Below the pieces are notes generated by a model. It was given only the letters and a program-made list of their open reading frames with translations. It was not told the DNA's origin and made no database searches. Of a stretch of 64,000 nt of DNA, positions 48,512 through 58,217 are shown piece after piece. The DNA is from Thermoplasmata archaeon (GTDB taxonomy: Archaea; Thermoplasmatota; Thermoplasmata; Lutacidiplasmatales; UBA184). The stretch's first letter is position 1; every line of letters starts with the position of its first letter. The stretch is from assembly GCA_022749845.1 (NCBI GenBank), contig JAKIWX010000001.1, positions 12,387 to 76,386 on the forward strand, given 5' to 3'. The position numbers and the translations under genes were made by a program.

Positions 48512-49427
48512 ACGCCGTCCGCTCCCGCTCGAACCCTACGCGCCGGTAGAGCTCGCGCGCGGGGGTGTTCGAAGCGGTCACCCAGAGCCGGGCGGAGCCG
48601 TAGCCGAGGGCGAGCAGGGCCCGCAGCCCCTGCTGGAGCAGCGCGCCCGCGATGCCGCGACGCCGGTGGGCCGGGTCGACGGCGAGGTCCGCGAACACGC
48701 CCGCACGGGCGCTCTCCTCGGTCGTGAGCAGGAAGGCGACGAGCTCCTCCCCCCGCGCCACCGCCGCTGATGCCTCGGGTAGGAATCGCCCCAGCTCCCC
48801 CGAGAGGATCCGCTCGAGCACGCGGCGGTTCCCTTCGGGGGAGTCTGCGACGAGGGACTCATCTGCGCCCCCACGGAAAGCCCGTCGGTCGAGTGCGTCG
48901 AGAGCGTCGAGGGGAGCTGCCGAGATAGGCAGGAACTCGTACCCTGGGGGGAGCTCGGGGGTTCGCGGCGGCTCGTCGAGCTGGAGCGTGCGAAGCAGGC
49001 CGTGACGCTCGACCACCTCGAATCCCGGGGTCTGCGTGAGCGCGCCGCCGAGCTCCCGGTCCTCCACTTCCGAGAGACCAGTCGTGCCGAGGTCCGCACG
49101 AAGGATCGCGGGATCCATGTGGTGGAGGGCGTGGAGCGTGAGCCGGCGCGAGAGTGGGACGCGGGCTTCCTTTGCCTCGACGTGAAGGTGTCCGTAGGCC
49201 CGGTGCTCCCGACGGGAGAAGAGCACGAGCGCCACGGGACGGCCCGCCTCTTCCGCCACCCACCCGTCGAGCTCCCCCGTACGGAGCCGTTCCGCGGCGA
49301 TCTCGGGCCAGGCCGGGGCGAGCGGTTCCCCCCGCTCGGCGAGGAGCCGGCGCATGTGCGCGGTGAGCTCGACGAGGGTGAAGGCAGGTACCTCGCGGGC
49401 CGGGCGGAGGAGCGGCTCGACGAGCAC
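48483..49427 (-). CDS. GNAT-family N-acetyltransferase.
   Basis: 'AFLLTTEESARAGVFADLAVDPAHRRRGIAGALLQQGLRALLALGY...ARELYRRVGFE'. GTG start at about 49427, just after the prs stop. Confidence 0.7.
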   Translation of the reverse strand: MLVEPLLRPAREVPAFTLVELTAHMRRLLAERGEPLAPAWPEIAAERLRTGELDGWVAEEAGRPVALVLFSRREHRAYGHLHVEAKEARVPLSRRLTLHALHHMDPAILRADLGTTGLSEVEDRELGGALTQTPGFEVVERHGLLRTLQLDEPPRTPELPPGYEFLPISAAPLDALDALDRRAFRGGADESLVADSPEGNRRVLERILSGELGRFLPEASAAVARGEELVAFLLTTEESARAGVFADLAVDPAHRRRGIAGALLQQGLRALLALGYGSARLWVTASNTPARELYRRVGFERERTAFIFRWRKPR

Positions 49428-49434
49428 AGCCCTC

Positions 49435-50312
49435 CTAGAGCGACGCGCATTCGCGCTGGAGGATCTGCGCGATGTCGGGGGCGACCGAGACTTTGTCCGC
49501 GGGATTGTCGAGGGTGTCGGTCGAGTAGATGTGGTCGGCGACGGCCTTGATCCGCTCGAAGGCGTCGCGCAGGAAGAGCCCGTGCGTGCAGGCCGCGAGG
49601 ATCGTCGATACCTTCTCTCGGTGAAGCAGCCGTGCGGCCTCGACGATCGTCCCTCCCGTCGAGATGACGTCGTCCAGGATGGCGACGCTCTTCCCTTCGA
49701 GCGTCGGCACGCCCGATGGCGGGAGCGTGAGCTCCACGTGGTCGCTGTCGATCCGCTTCTTCTCGAGCGCGATCCAGGGCTTGCCCAGCAGCTCGGCCAT
49801 GCGCCGGACCCGGGCGACCCCGCCTTTGTCGGGCGAAACGAGGAGGTCGAGCGGGCGTTCCCGGAGCACGCGGGCAATCGCCGGTACTCCGGTGGCCTCA
49901 AACACGGGCTTGTGGAAGCCGCGAAGCGTCTCGCTCGAATGGAGGTCGACCGTAACAACGGCGTCGGCGACGAGCTCGACGTGGCGGGCGAGCGTGCGCG
50001 CGCTCGCCGGCTCCCCCGGGAAGAACGGCCGGTCCTGTCGCGCGTACCCGAAGTACGGGATCACAACGAACAGGCGTCGCGCCCCCGCCTCACGGATAGC
50101 GTCCTCGAGGAGGAGGAGCTCCAGGATCTGCTCGTCGGTGCGGGTGGTTTGGACGAGCACCACGTCCTCGTCCGTGAACCTGCCCCCGACACGCACGTAG
50201 AGCTCCCCGTCCGGGAACCGCTTCAGGAAGGGGATCGCAAACGGTGCATTGCCCAGCTCGCGCGAGATTCGCTCCGCGAGCGAGGTCGAGGCGCTTCCTC
50301 CGATGACGTGCA
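49435..50312 (-). CDS. prs: Ribose-phosphate pyrophosphokinase.
   Basis: 'HVIGGSASTSLAERIS', 'VVIPYFGYARQDR', 'VDLHS', 'AILDDVISTGGTI'. Start taken at TTG 50312; the longer frame (to 50511) is Arg/Pro-rich. Confidence 0.85.
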
Positions 50313-50380
50313 ACCGCTTGCCCGGCTCTGGGACGGGGGGCGGGGGAAAAAGGTTGCGCGCGCGCGACCCCGAGTCGGCC

Positions 50381-51931
50381 TTAGGAGGGGTTGCGAGGCT
50401 GTCCAAGATTGGGGTTCTCGGTCCCGGGCGCGGAGAACGGGAGCGCCTCCTCGAGCGTTCGTCGCAGGGCCGCGTCCTCCCGGGCGGGCGCTCCGTCCGT
50501 CGAGCCCGCAAGGTTCCTGCCCCGCAGCGCGGAGAACACCGCCGCTCCCGCCACGAAGAGCGCTGCGAGGAGGAACGCCGAATGCATCCCCGAGAGGAAC
50601 GTCGTATCGAGCGCCGTGGGGCTCAGGCCGAGGGACTCCGGGTTGAAGGTGCCTCCGAACAGCTGGGCACCTACGCCGGCCGGAAGCCGGCTCGTGAGCG
50701 CGAGGAGCGCCACGACGTAGCTCAAGGCTACGGCCGTGTTCCGGAACGTCATCATCGCGCCGGAGGCGACCCCGAAACGGTTTCGGGGGGCGCTCGACAT
50801 GATCGCGGCGGTGTTCGCCGGGAAGAACAGTCCGCCTCCCACCCCGAGGAGGCCCTCGTAGACCGCCACTTGCGAAAGCGGGGTCGAAGCGGAGAGTTGC
50901 GAGAGGAGGAGGAGCGCCGCCGCTTGCACCACGAGTCCGAGGGTCGAAAGGAACCTCGCTCCCCATCGGTCGGAGAGCCTACCGCCGATGGGTCCGACCA
51001 CCATCAACGCGACGAAGAGAGGAAGGAGAAGGTAGGAAGCGGTGAGCACCGAGACGTGCCGGATCCCCTGGAAGTAGATCATCAGGACGAAGTTCGTGGC
51101 AAAGAGAGCGAGCCCCTGCAGGACGGTCGCGAGGAGCGAGGCGCTGAAGCTCCAGCTCCGGAACAGCGAGAGGGGCAGAATGGGGTCCCGACTCACCTTG
51201 ACCTCCCACGCCACGAACCCCGCGAGGAGCGGGGCCGAGAGCAGGATGGGTCCGAGCGTCAGCGGCGCCGTCCAGCTCGACAGGATCCCCTGGGTGACGC
51301 CAAAGAGAAGAGAGATGAGTCCGGCCACGAACAGGAACGCCGCCGCAAAGTCGAACGTCTCCCTCGGGTCAGGCGTGACCGATTCCCGGAGCACGAGGAT
51401 CCCGATGGCGGTCGCAACGACCCCGATCGGGAGGTTGATCCAGAAGATCCAGCGCCAGGTGGTCACCGCGAGGATGAGCCCGCCGAGGGCGATCCCGAGC
51501 ACCGAGCCCGCACCCCAGACGATCGTGTTCACACCGAAAGCACGTCCACGCTCGGCGGGGGGAAAGGCGTCCGACACGATGGCGAACGAGTTCGCGATGA
51601 GCATCGCCCCCCCGACCCCCTGGACGGCCCGGAACACGACGAGCTCGAGCCCCGAGGCGGCGAAGCCGCAGAGCCCGCTCCCAAGGATGAATACGGCAAA
51701 GCCCGCCGTGTAGAGCCGCTTGCGCCCCTTCATGTCGGAGAGACGGCCCAAGGAGAGGACGAGCGCGGTCCCCATCACGAGGTAGATCATCAGGACCCAC
51801 ACCATCTCGACGAGGCTCGCCCCAAGCTCCCGGGCGACCGAGGGGAAGCCGATGACGAGCACCGTGGCGTCGATGGAGCCCATCAGGCTCCCGAGGTTCA
51901 CGATGGTGAGCGCCTTCCACTTGTACTCCAT
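50381..51931 (-). CDS. MFS transporter, DHA2 (14-TM drug:H+ antiporter) family.
   Basis: 'LTIVNLGSLMGSIDATVLVIGFPSVAREL', 'LGRLSDMKGRKRL', 14 hydrophobic segments. Confidence 0.8.
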   Translation of the reverse strand: MEYKWKALTIVNLGSLMGSIDATVLVIGFPSVARELGASLVEMVWVLMIYLVMGTALVLSLGRLSDMKGRKRLYTAGFAVFILGSGLCGFAASGLELVVFRAVQGVGGAMLIANSFAIVSDAFPPAERGRAFGVNTIVWGAGSVLGIALGGLILAVTTWRWIFWINLPIGVVATAIGILVLRESVTPDPRETFDFAAAFLFVAGLISLLFGVTQGILSSWTAPLTLGPILLSAPLLAGFVAWEVKVSRDPILPLSLFRSWSFSASLLATVLQGLALFATNFVLMIYFQGIRHVSVLTASYLLLPLFVALMVVGPIGGRLSDRWGARFLSTLGLVVQAAALLLLSQLSASTPLSQVAVYEGLLGVGGGLFFPANTAAIMSSAPRNRFGVASGAMMTFRNTAVALSYVVALLALTSRLPAGVGAQLFGGTFNPESLGLSPTALDTTFLSGMHSAFLLAALFVAGAAVFSALRGRNLAGSTDGAPAREDAALRRTLEEALPFSAPGTENPNLGQPRNPS

Positions 51932-52144
51932 CTGTACGTGTAGGACCTGGGCCGTTCGCTTAACGGCGCGGGCCCTCGACCAGCCCCGGGGGGGTGGGAT
52001 AGGGACGGAGGAGGTCCGTAGCTCGCCCCGCTGTACGTATCAACGCGCATGGTCGACCGGTCGGCCGGCCCGACGGAAACTGACGTGGGGCCGGGATGCC
52101 TGTCGAACTCAAAGTCGTCATATGTCGTATCGTTCCACGGTAGG

Positions 52145-52153
52145 TTCAAATAG
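52145..52153 (+). promoter_or_regulatory. TATA-like element GGTTCAAATAG upstream of pilin gene 1 (52145-52153), with a Shine-Dalgarno-like AGAGGA at 52196-52201.
   Basis: A related GGTTAAATAG element occurs upstream of rps6e/pibD (58151-58164). Confidence 0.3.
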
Positions 52154-52210
52154 TCGAACTTGCCCCTCCGATTCCTTTGCGGGGCAGAGGCCCAGCAGAG
52201 GAAAACCACG

Positions 52211-52804
52211 ATGTGGAACGAGAAGGTTCGGAGTTGGAGAAAGAAGAACAAGCGCGGGGTATCCCCGATCATCGCTACGATTCTGCTCGTGGCGATCACC
52301 GTGGTGCTCGCAGCGGTGTTGTACATCCTGATCTCTGGGTTCACCAAGGGACCAGGCAACACTCCGCTCGGGACCGCCTTCGCGTACGGGTCGGCTTCGC
52401 AGACCTCTAACGGGCAGGCGCCGACCTTCTGCGCGGCGCAGGCCGCGATCAGCGACTGGTGCGACAACCTCCCGGTGGGCTCCGCCGGCGGCGGCATCAC
52501 CGCAGCCGCGTTGAGCTTCTCGATCCGCGATTCGGGCGGGAACATCGTCAGCACTACGAACGGCAAGCCTACCCAGATCATTCTGGAATCGGCGGGCGGG
52601 GCGACTCTCGGAACGTACTCGTTCACGACGGCCAGCTGGACGAGCGGCGGTACCACGGGTCTCTCGACCACCCAGACACTCGTGCTCGACGCGGGCTGTG
52701 CGATCTCGGGCGCCAACGTGTGCGCGACCCCCATCACGGGGCTCGTGCTTCTCGCGCTGGGCGTCGGGTCGTATTCCGGGTCGGTGCAGGTGACCTTGAT
52801 CTGA
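52211..52804 (+). CDS. Archaeal type IV pilin-like protein with class III signal peptide (Pilin_N/DUF1628 type).
   Basis: 'KKNKRG|VSPIIATILLVAITVVLAAVLYILISGF' with a prepilin-peptidase site after KRG; two Cys near the C-terminus. Confidence 0.75.
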   Translation: MWNEKVRSWRKKNKRGVSPIIATILLVAITVVLAAVLYILISGFTKGPGNTPLGTAFAYGSASQTSNGQAPTFCAAQAAISDWCDNLPVGSAGGGITAAALSFSIRDSGGNIVSTTNGKPTQIILESAGGATLGTYSFTTASWTSGGTTGLSTTQTLVLDAGCAISGANVCATPITGLVLLALGVGSYSGSVQVTLI

Positions 52805-52840
52805 GCGTACCAGAAGGAAAACTTGGGAGGAAATCAAGAA

Positions 52841-53413
52841 ATGTGGAGTGAAAAGGCGCGGAGCTTCCGTAAGAAGAACAAGCGCGGGGTATCCCCGATC
52901 ATCGCTACGATCCTACTCGTGGCGATTACCGTGGTGCTCGCGGCGGTGTTGTACATCCTGATCTCCGGGTTCACGAAGGGACCCGGCAACACGCCGATCG
53001 GCACCGCGTTCGCGTGGGGTACGCCCCAGAAGACCACGGGAACCGCCGCGACCAACACCCTCGGAACCTGTGCGACCGGCGACCAGTGCTACAACATGCA
53101 GGTCGGGTCCGCGGGCGGCGGAATCACCGCGGCTGGGCTCAACTTCGTCGTGCGTGACGCGAGCGGCAACACGCTGAGCTACGCGGGCGCGAAGGTCACC
53201 CTGATCTCGAGCACGCCGACGGTCCTCGCCACCTACACGATCTCGACGGGCCTCTGGGCCGGCACCCCCTCCACGGGGCTGTCGACCACCCAGATCCTCG
53301 TGCTGGACATGGGGTGCACGCCGGCCGCGTGCGCGCCGAACCCTACGGGTGTCGTGATCGTGGCGCTCGGTGTTGGGTCGTACTCGGGTCAGACCACCGC
53401 GACGCTGACCTAG
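52841..53413 (+). CDS. Archaeal type IV pilin-like protein, tandem paralog.
   Basis: The identical processed N-terminus 'VSPIIATILLVAITVVLAAVLYILISGFTKGPGNTP' sits within about 120 nt of 88-97% nucleotide identity to gene 1, the longest exact run being 41 nt. SD GGGAGG at 52825-52830. Confidence 0.75.
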   Translation: MWSEKARSFRKKNKRGVSPIIATILLVAITVVLAAVLYILISGFTKGPGNTPIGTAFAWGTPQKTTGTAATNTLGTCATGDQCYNMQVGSAGGGITAAGLNFVVRDASGNTLSYAGAKVTLISSTPTVLATYTISTGLWAGTPSTGLSTTQILVLDMGCTPAACAPNPTGVVIVALGVGSYSGQTTATLT

Positions 53414-53437
53414 GCGAGACTGGAGCACACGGCCAAC

Positions 53438-53468
53438 CCTTTCCTGCCTTTCTTTTTCTTCAATTCTT
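53438..53468 (+). terminator. T-rich tract (CCTTTCCTGCCTTTCTTTTTCTTCAATTCTT) after the pilin pair. Archaeal oligo-T terminator candidate.
   Basis: Located in the convergent spacer between pilin 2 and the signal peptidase gene. Confidence 0.45.
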
Positions 53469-53536
53469 GAGTGGCAGTACTGCTCCGCCGCCTGCGGAGC
53501 ACGCCCTCGGGACTGGCGGGGTCTCGCCCGTCGGCC

Positions 53537-54838
53537 CTACAGCGACTCGTCCTCGTCGTCCCGGGCTCGGCGGTTGTGGCCCCCACTGGTCTGTCGGTGC
53601 GCCGCCTCTCCTCGTCGCGTGTGCGGCTTCGGGCGGCCGCCGCGACGAGCGAGCCGCCGCGGATCTACGCGGACGGTGCGACCCCGATGGTGGGTCGGCG
53701 GGGTCGGCTCGTCGGACTCATCCTCCTCGTCCTTGGAGGAGAGATGGGCCCGTTCCAGGAGGCGTGCGAGGAGACCTACGTGCTCCTCGGTGGCGCTAGC
53801 ATCGTCGCCGGACCGCTCGGCCTCCCGCCGCTGCTCCAGGCGTCGTACCGCGAGATGGATGCCGAGCCCCGCGAGGACGATCCCGGCGAGGGAGAGGCCG
53901 AGGAATTGCCAAGACTGGCTCGGGACCATCGACGTGTCCCCTTGCAGGAGCAGCTTGAGGGCGCCGAACCACGGGATCATCCCGCGCGCCACCCCGAGCA
54001 CCCAGCCCGGCTCGACGAGGCTCGTGAGGGTGGGCTCGTCCGGATCGCCCGTCCCCGGATGTCCGGGCAGGTAGTTGTTGTCCCCCATCGTGACGAAGCC
54101 GGAGTGGCTGCCGAGGGTCCCGACGTCGACGGCCACCGTCACGCCCTGCCACCCCACGTTGTACAGGGTGAGCTGCCCGGCGATGCTCGAGGTCCCGCAC
54201 GTCGAGAGTGTGCTCGAGGTTCGATAGTAGGGGTGTGAGGTGGGGCTGCAGGGTAGCGGTGCGAGCTCGGGCGCGGCGTAGGTGTTGTTGAGCGGGTTCC
54301 ACTCGAGGAAGAGGAGGGCACGGTGGATGATCGGCGTCACCGAAGTGTCGCCGTTAGGGTAGTAGAGGAGGACGTCGCCGTACTCTCCGTACGTTTGGTA
54401 GCCGTTCTGCACCCCCACCATGTACGGCGTGATCTTGTTCGGGTCGATCTTCTGGGCGAGGACCAGGTCGCCCGTGTTGATGACGCCCAGCACGTCGTTC
54501 GAGCCGTGCTGCATGCTCTCCGATTCGATCACGTAGACCGGCGGCCAGTTCTGGGTGTACGCCCAGAGCGCCACGAGGAGAAGGACGAGGATCGCGAGCG
54601 CCACGAGCGGCTCGAACCAGAGGCTGTCGCGCGCCCGCCAGTACACAGGGCGCTTCGGGCCGCGGTGGAACCAACCACCCCCGCCCTCTCCGCCTTCCGT
54701 GCCGTCGGGAGACCACGGCGTGATGCCGGCCGCGGGTTCTCCCGGCCGTCGGCGATGACGCGACCGGCGAGGCGCGGGCTCCTCCTCCGCATCCTCTTCG
54801 GAGGGGTCCTCTTCCTCGTCGGAGCCCCGGCGAGCCAT
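53537..54838 (-). CDS. Signal peptidase I (archaeal S26B/Sec11-like) with long insertions and a C-terminal TM plus charged tail.
   Basis: 'VYVIESESMQHGSNDVLGVINTGDLVLAQK' (catalytic Ser box) and 'GDNN' box; TM 'LGLSLAGIVLAGLGIHLAV'. Confidence 0.7.
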   Translation of the reverse strand: MARRGSDEEEDPSEEDAEEEPAPRRSRHRRRPGEPAAGITPWSPDGTEGGEGGGGWFHRGPKRPVYWRARDSLWFEPLVALAILVLLLVALWAYTQNWPPVYVIESESMQHGSNDVLGVINTGDLVLAQKIDPNKITPYMVGVQNGYQTYGEYGDVLLYYPNGDTSVTPIIHRALLFLEWNPLNNTYAAPELAPLPCSPTSHPYYRTSSTLSTCGTSSIAGQLTLYNVGWQGVTVAVDVGTLGSHSGFVTMGDNNYLPGHPGTGDPDEPTLTSLVEPGWVLGVARGMIPWFGALKLLLQGDTSMVPSQSWQFLGLSLAGIVLAGLGIHLAVRRLEQRREAERSGDDASATEEHVGLLARLLERAHLSSKDEEDESDEPTPPTHHRGRTVRVDPRRLARRGGRPKPHTRRGEAAHRQTSGGHNRRARDDEDESL

Positions 54839-54865
54839 GGCCCGCCGCGAGCCGCGGCCGGGCGC

Positions 54866-55603
54866 TTAACCCTTGGTCTCGACCTGAACGGGCGGCGTGG
54901 ACCGGAGGAGGAGCTCCACCGCCCCCCGCACGACGAGCAGGAACAGGAGGAACAGCGGCACGAGACCGAGGTCCCCGTACGGCCAGCTGAGCCCTGCGGC
55001 TTGCGCTCCCCAGAATGCAGCGAACGAGAAGAGCAGGGAGGTTCCGACGAGCTTGAGCGTCGGCACCTTCACCTTCCGGATCCGCTCGTGGACGAGGGCG
55101 GCCACCACGACGAGGAGGACGCCGGCCGCGAGCGCCCCGACGAGCGCCGAGGTGGCCTGCCCTCCGGCCGCGATCCCGAGGAGCACGATCACCGCCTCCA
55201 CGCTCTCCACCACGCCCACGGTGAAGCCGGAGGCGAATTGGAGCGAGCGGCCCGCGCCCCCCGACGCGTGCGCGGCGGCCGGAAGTCGGGCCCGTCGGTA
55301 GGACTTGAGCGTGCTTCGGAACAGGAACAAACCGAAGGCGGCGAGGACCACGGCCGAGCCCGCGAGAAGGTCTTTGGGAGGCAGCTGGATGAGGAGAGCG
55401 CCTGCGCCGAAGGCGATCACACCCACGACCGCCGTGCCGGCGATCGCCCCCCTCGCCCCGCTCTGGATGGAGCCGGAGTCCCCCCGGAGGGCGAAGACTA
55501 GGGCGACGACCTCCGTCATCTCCGTGAGGGTGATGATGAAGGCGAGCGCGAGCGAGGGCGCATCGAAGCTGAGCACGGGCCGGCGCCACACCGGCCCGTC
55601 CAT
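54866..55603 (-). CDS. Hypothetical polytopic membrane protein with an internal two-fold repeat (possible cation-transporter-like fold).
   Basis: Halves beginning 'LTEMTEVVALVFAL' and 'VVESVEAVIVLLGIA'; 6-8 TM segments. Confidence 0.4.
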   Translation of the reverse strand: MDGPVWRRPVLSFDAPSLALAFIITLTEMTEVVALVFALRGDSGSIQSGARGAIAGTAVVGVIAFGAGALLIQLPPKDLLAGSAVVLAAFGLFLFRSTLKSYRRARLPAAAHASGGAGRSLQFASGFTVGVVESVEAVIVLLGIAAGGQATSALVGALAAGVLLVVVAALVHERIRKVKVPTLKLVGTSLLFSFAAFWGAQAAGLSWPYGDLGLVPLFLLFLLVVRGAVELLLRSTPPVQVETKG

Positions 55604-55660
55604 TTAACGGCTGACCGGGGTACCCTCGGGTTGGGAGCTGTGCGGCTCAGGGACATCTCG

Positions 55661-56272
55661 ATGCCGCTCGACCGCAGGACGCCGGTGTTTCCCGGCGACC
55701 CCTCGTTCCGGTCGAGCCGCGTGCTCAGCCTCGAAGGCGGTTCGCCCTACAACCTCAGCGAGCTCCGGCTGGGGTCCCACACCGGAACGCACGTCGACCC
55801 GCCTCTCCACTTCCTCCCGCGGGGGGCCGGGGTGGACCGGCTCGACCTGCTCACGCTGAACGGCCCTTGTTCCGTGCTCCAGCTTCCCGGGTCCACCCTG
55901 GAGATCGGTGCGGAAGAGCTCGCGAGGATCCCGTCCGGAACCGAGAGGCTGCTCCTACGGACCGGAAACTCCGAACGTTGGGCTGCGGGGGAGTCGTTCT
56001 TCCCCGATTTCGCCGCCCTCACACAGGGCGGGGCGGATGCCCTCCTCGCTCGAGGCGTGCGGTTCGTCGGGATCGACGCGCTTTCGGTCGAACGGGAGAG
56101 CGCGGAACGATTCCCGGTTCACCGCACGCTGTTGGGGGCGGGCGTGCCGATCCTCGAAGGACTTCGACTCGAGAGTACCCCCGAGGGAGAGTACGAACTC
56201 AGGTGCCTCCCCCTGAGAATCGTCGACGGAGACGGAGCGCCGTGCCGGGCGGTGCTCCTCTCCCCAGATTGA
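55661..56272 (+). CDS. Cyclase-family protein (kynurenine-formamidase-like).
   Basis: 'GSHTGTHVDPPLHF' signature. Confidence 0.7.
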   Translation: MPLDRRTPVFPGDPSFRSSRVLSLEGGSPYNLSELRLGSHTGTHVDPPLHFLPRGAGVDRLDLLTLNGPCSVLQLPGSTLEIGAEELARIPSGTERLLLRTGNSERWAAGESFFPDFAALTQGGADALLARGVRFVGIDALSVERESAERFPVHRTLLGAGVPILEGLRLESTPEGEYELRCLPLRIVDGDGAPCRAVLLSPD

Positions 56273-56335
56273 GCGCGGACTAGGGCCGCGAACCGAGGGC
56301 CGGAGGATACGGGGGCTCCCCGTCGGTCGGGCAGC

Positions 56336-56506
56336 CTACGGGTCCCGGTCCTCGGGCGGCAGGAGGTTCGGAATGCCGTCGTCGATGGGAAAGACTGTCT
56401 TACACTTCGTGCACGTGAGCGTGCCGTCGACGATCTCCTCCCCGGTCTTCTTCCGGACCTCGAGCGCAAGGTCCGCGTGGTCCAGCGGGCAGCAGAGGAG
56501 CTCCAT
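56336..56506 (-). CDS. Trm112-like small zinc-binding protein (UPF0434/DUF343).
   Basis: 'MELLCCPLDHADL...LTCTKCKTVFPIDDGIPNLL'. Confidence 0.6.
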   Translation of the reverse strand: MELLCCPLDHADLALEVRKKTGEEIVDGTLTCTKCKTVFPIDDGIPNLLPPEDRDP

Positions 56507-56525
56507 CAGGTCCGGTCGCACGGTC

Positions 56526-57746
56526 CTACTCCTCCACGATCCCGTAGCCGATGAGCCGCCAGGCGTTCATCCTACGGGAGATGGCGACGCGGGTCCCGGG
56601 GAAAACGGTGACGGGACGCCCGAGCGCGAGCTCGATCTCGTCCCCCCGGGCGCTCGTGACCTTGCCCGGAGCGATCGTGGTCCCCACGGTGAGCGCGAGG
56701 ATCTCGCTCGTCCGGACCTTTTCCACCTTGACCTCCTTCTGGACGCCCACGACCCGGTCGAGAAGCGTCGTCTTCACCCGGATCTTCTGCGTGACGGGCG
56801 GGAGCGTTCCCGGTGTTCCCACGAGGCGCCCGTTGAGTCCGTCGGCCTTGGTGAGCGAAGGATCGAGGGTCGTGCCGATCGCCGCGAGGCCCCCCGGCTT
56901 CAGCTCGTCGAGCTCGATCCCCCCGCTCACGAGCCCGGTGATCTTCGTACGGAGCGACTCGGCGGAGGCGCCCCCCGTGAGGCCGGGCCGGATCTCGATC
57001 TCCTCTCCGATCTTGAGGCGGCCCTGGAGGAGCGAGCCGCCCAGGATGCCGCCGCGCAACGCCTTCGGGCGCGTGCCGGGACGGTTGATGTCGAAGGAGC
57101 GTGCGACGTACATGAGCGGCGGCTTCGTCGCGTCCCGCGTCGGGGTGGGGATCGTCTCCTGCATCGCCCCGATGAGGGCGTCGATATTCACGCGATGGTT
57201 CGCGGAGATCGGGACGATCGGTGCCTTCTCGATCGGCGTCCCCTTCAGGAACTCGACGATCTCGCGCTGGTTCTCCTCCGCCTGGGCGTCGGTGAGGAGG
57301 TCGATCTTGTTCTGGACCACGACCACCTTCCGGACGCCGATGATGTCGAGCGCGTAGAGGTGCTCCCGGGTCTGCGGCTGGGGGCAGTGCTCGTTCGCGG
57401 CGACCAGGAGGAGCGCCCCGTCCATCAGCGCCGCACCGCTCAGCATCGTCTCCATCAGGGTCTCGTGCCCGGGGGCGTCGACGAAGCTCACCGCGCGGAG
57501 GAACTCCGCCTTTCCGCCGTCGTCCGGACAGGTGGTGTCGGTGCGGAAGCAGGCCGGCGCCTCGAGCTTGGGGCAGCGGTAGAATGCGGCGTCGGCGTAG
57601 CCGAGCTTGATCGAGATGCCCCGGCGCAGCTCCTCCGAGTGACGGTCGGTCCACTCCCCGGTGAGCGCCTGGGTGAGCGTCGTCTTGCCGTGGTCTACGT
57701 GGCCGACGAGGCCGATGTTAACTTCCGGTTGACGGGGCGCCTTCAT
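56526..57746 (-). CDS. eif2g: Translation initiation factor 2 subunit gamma (aIF2-gamma).
   Basis: 'VNIGLVGHVDHGKTTL', 'DAPGHE', zinc knuckle 'CPKLEAPACFRTDTTCPDDGG', 'NKID'. Confidence 0.9.
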   Translation of the reverse strand: MKAPRQPEVNIGLVGHVDHGKTTLTQALTGEWTDRHSEELRRGISIKLGYADAAFYRCPKLEAPACFRTDTTCPDDGGKAEFLRAVSFVDAPGHETLMETMLSGAALMDGALLLVAANEHCPQPQTREHLYALDIIGVRKVVVVQNKIDLLTDAQAEENQREIVEFLKGTPIEKAPIVPISANHRVNIDALIGAMQETIPTPTRDATKPPLMYVARSFDINRPGTRPKALRGGILGGSLLQGRLKIGEEIEIRPGLTGGASAESLRTKITGLVSGGIELDELKPGGLAAIGTTLDPSLTKADGLNGRLVGTPGTLPPVTQKIRVKTTLLDRVVGVQKEVKVEKVRTSEILALTVGTTIAPGKVTSARGDEIELALGRPVTVFPGTRVAISRRMNAWRLIGYGIVEE

Positions 57747-58120
57747 TGCGGTCGAAGGAGCTCCGCGAGGGGCTGCGTGCCCGAGCTCTCGACCGTGAGG
57801 TTGATTTGGACCGTCTCCTCGCTGATCGCCCCGCCGCGGAAGGTGCGCCGTCGGCGCATCCCGTGCCTCGGGGCGTGAAACCCGAATCCATCCTCCACGT
57901 AGAGCCGGACCTGCCGGCTCCCCGGGAGGTCCCCCCGAAGCGGGAAGCCGCTGCGGTCCGTTCCGCCCCGTATCTTGAGGGTGTAGCCCGGAAGGCCGAG
58001 GAGGTCCCCCCCGATGCTCTCGCCGATCCTCTTGCCAAGGAATCCCGCGGCGCTCGGTTCCCCGACCGTCTTGGGATACGATTGTTTACCGTCGGAAACG
58101 ACGAGCTTGAACTCGACCAT
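57743..58120 (-). CDS. rps6e: 30S ribosomal protein S6e.
   Basis: 'KIRGGTDRSGFPLRGDLPG', 'RRRRTFRG'. Confidence 0.85.
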   Translation of the reverse strand: MVEFKLVVSDGKQSYPKTVGEPSAAGFLGKRIGESIGGDLLGLPGYTLKIRGGTDRSGFPLRGDLPGSRQVRLYVEDGFGFHAPRHGMRRRRTFRGGAISEETVQINLTVESSGTQPLAELLRPQ

Positions 58121-58152
58121 GCGGCGATGCGGCGCGGCCAGTTTGGGTCAGG

Positions 58153-58164
58153 TTAAATAGATAG
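58153..58164. promoter_or_regulatory. TTAAATAGATAG AT-rich element in the divergent rps6e/prepilin-peptidase spacer.
   Basis: The only AT island in the spacer; resembles the pilin-upstream element. Confidence 0.3.
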
Positions 58165-58217
58165 CGCCGGGCTTTCTCCGACGGTCGGGCGGGGCGATTC
58201 CAACGGAGCTCGCGGGC

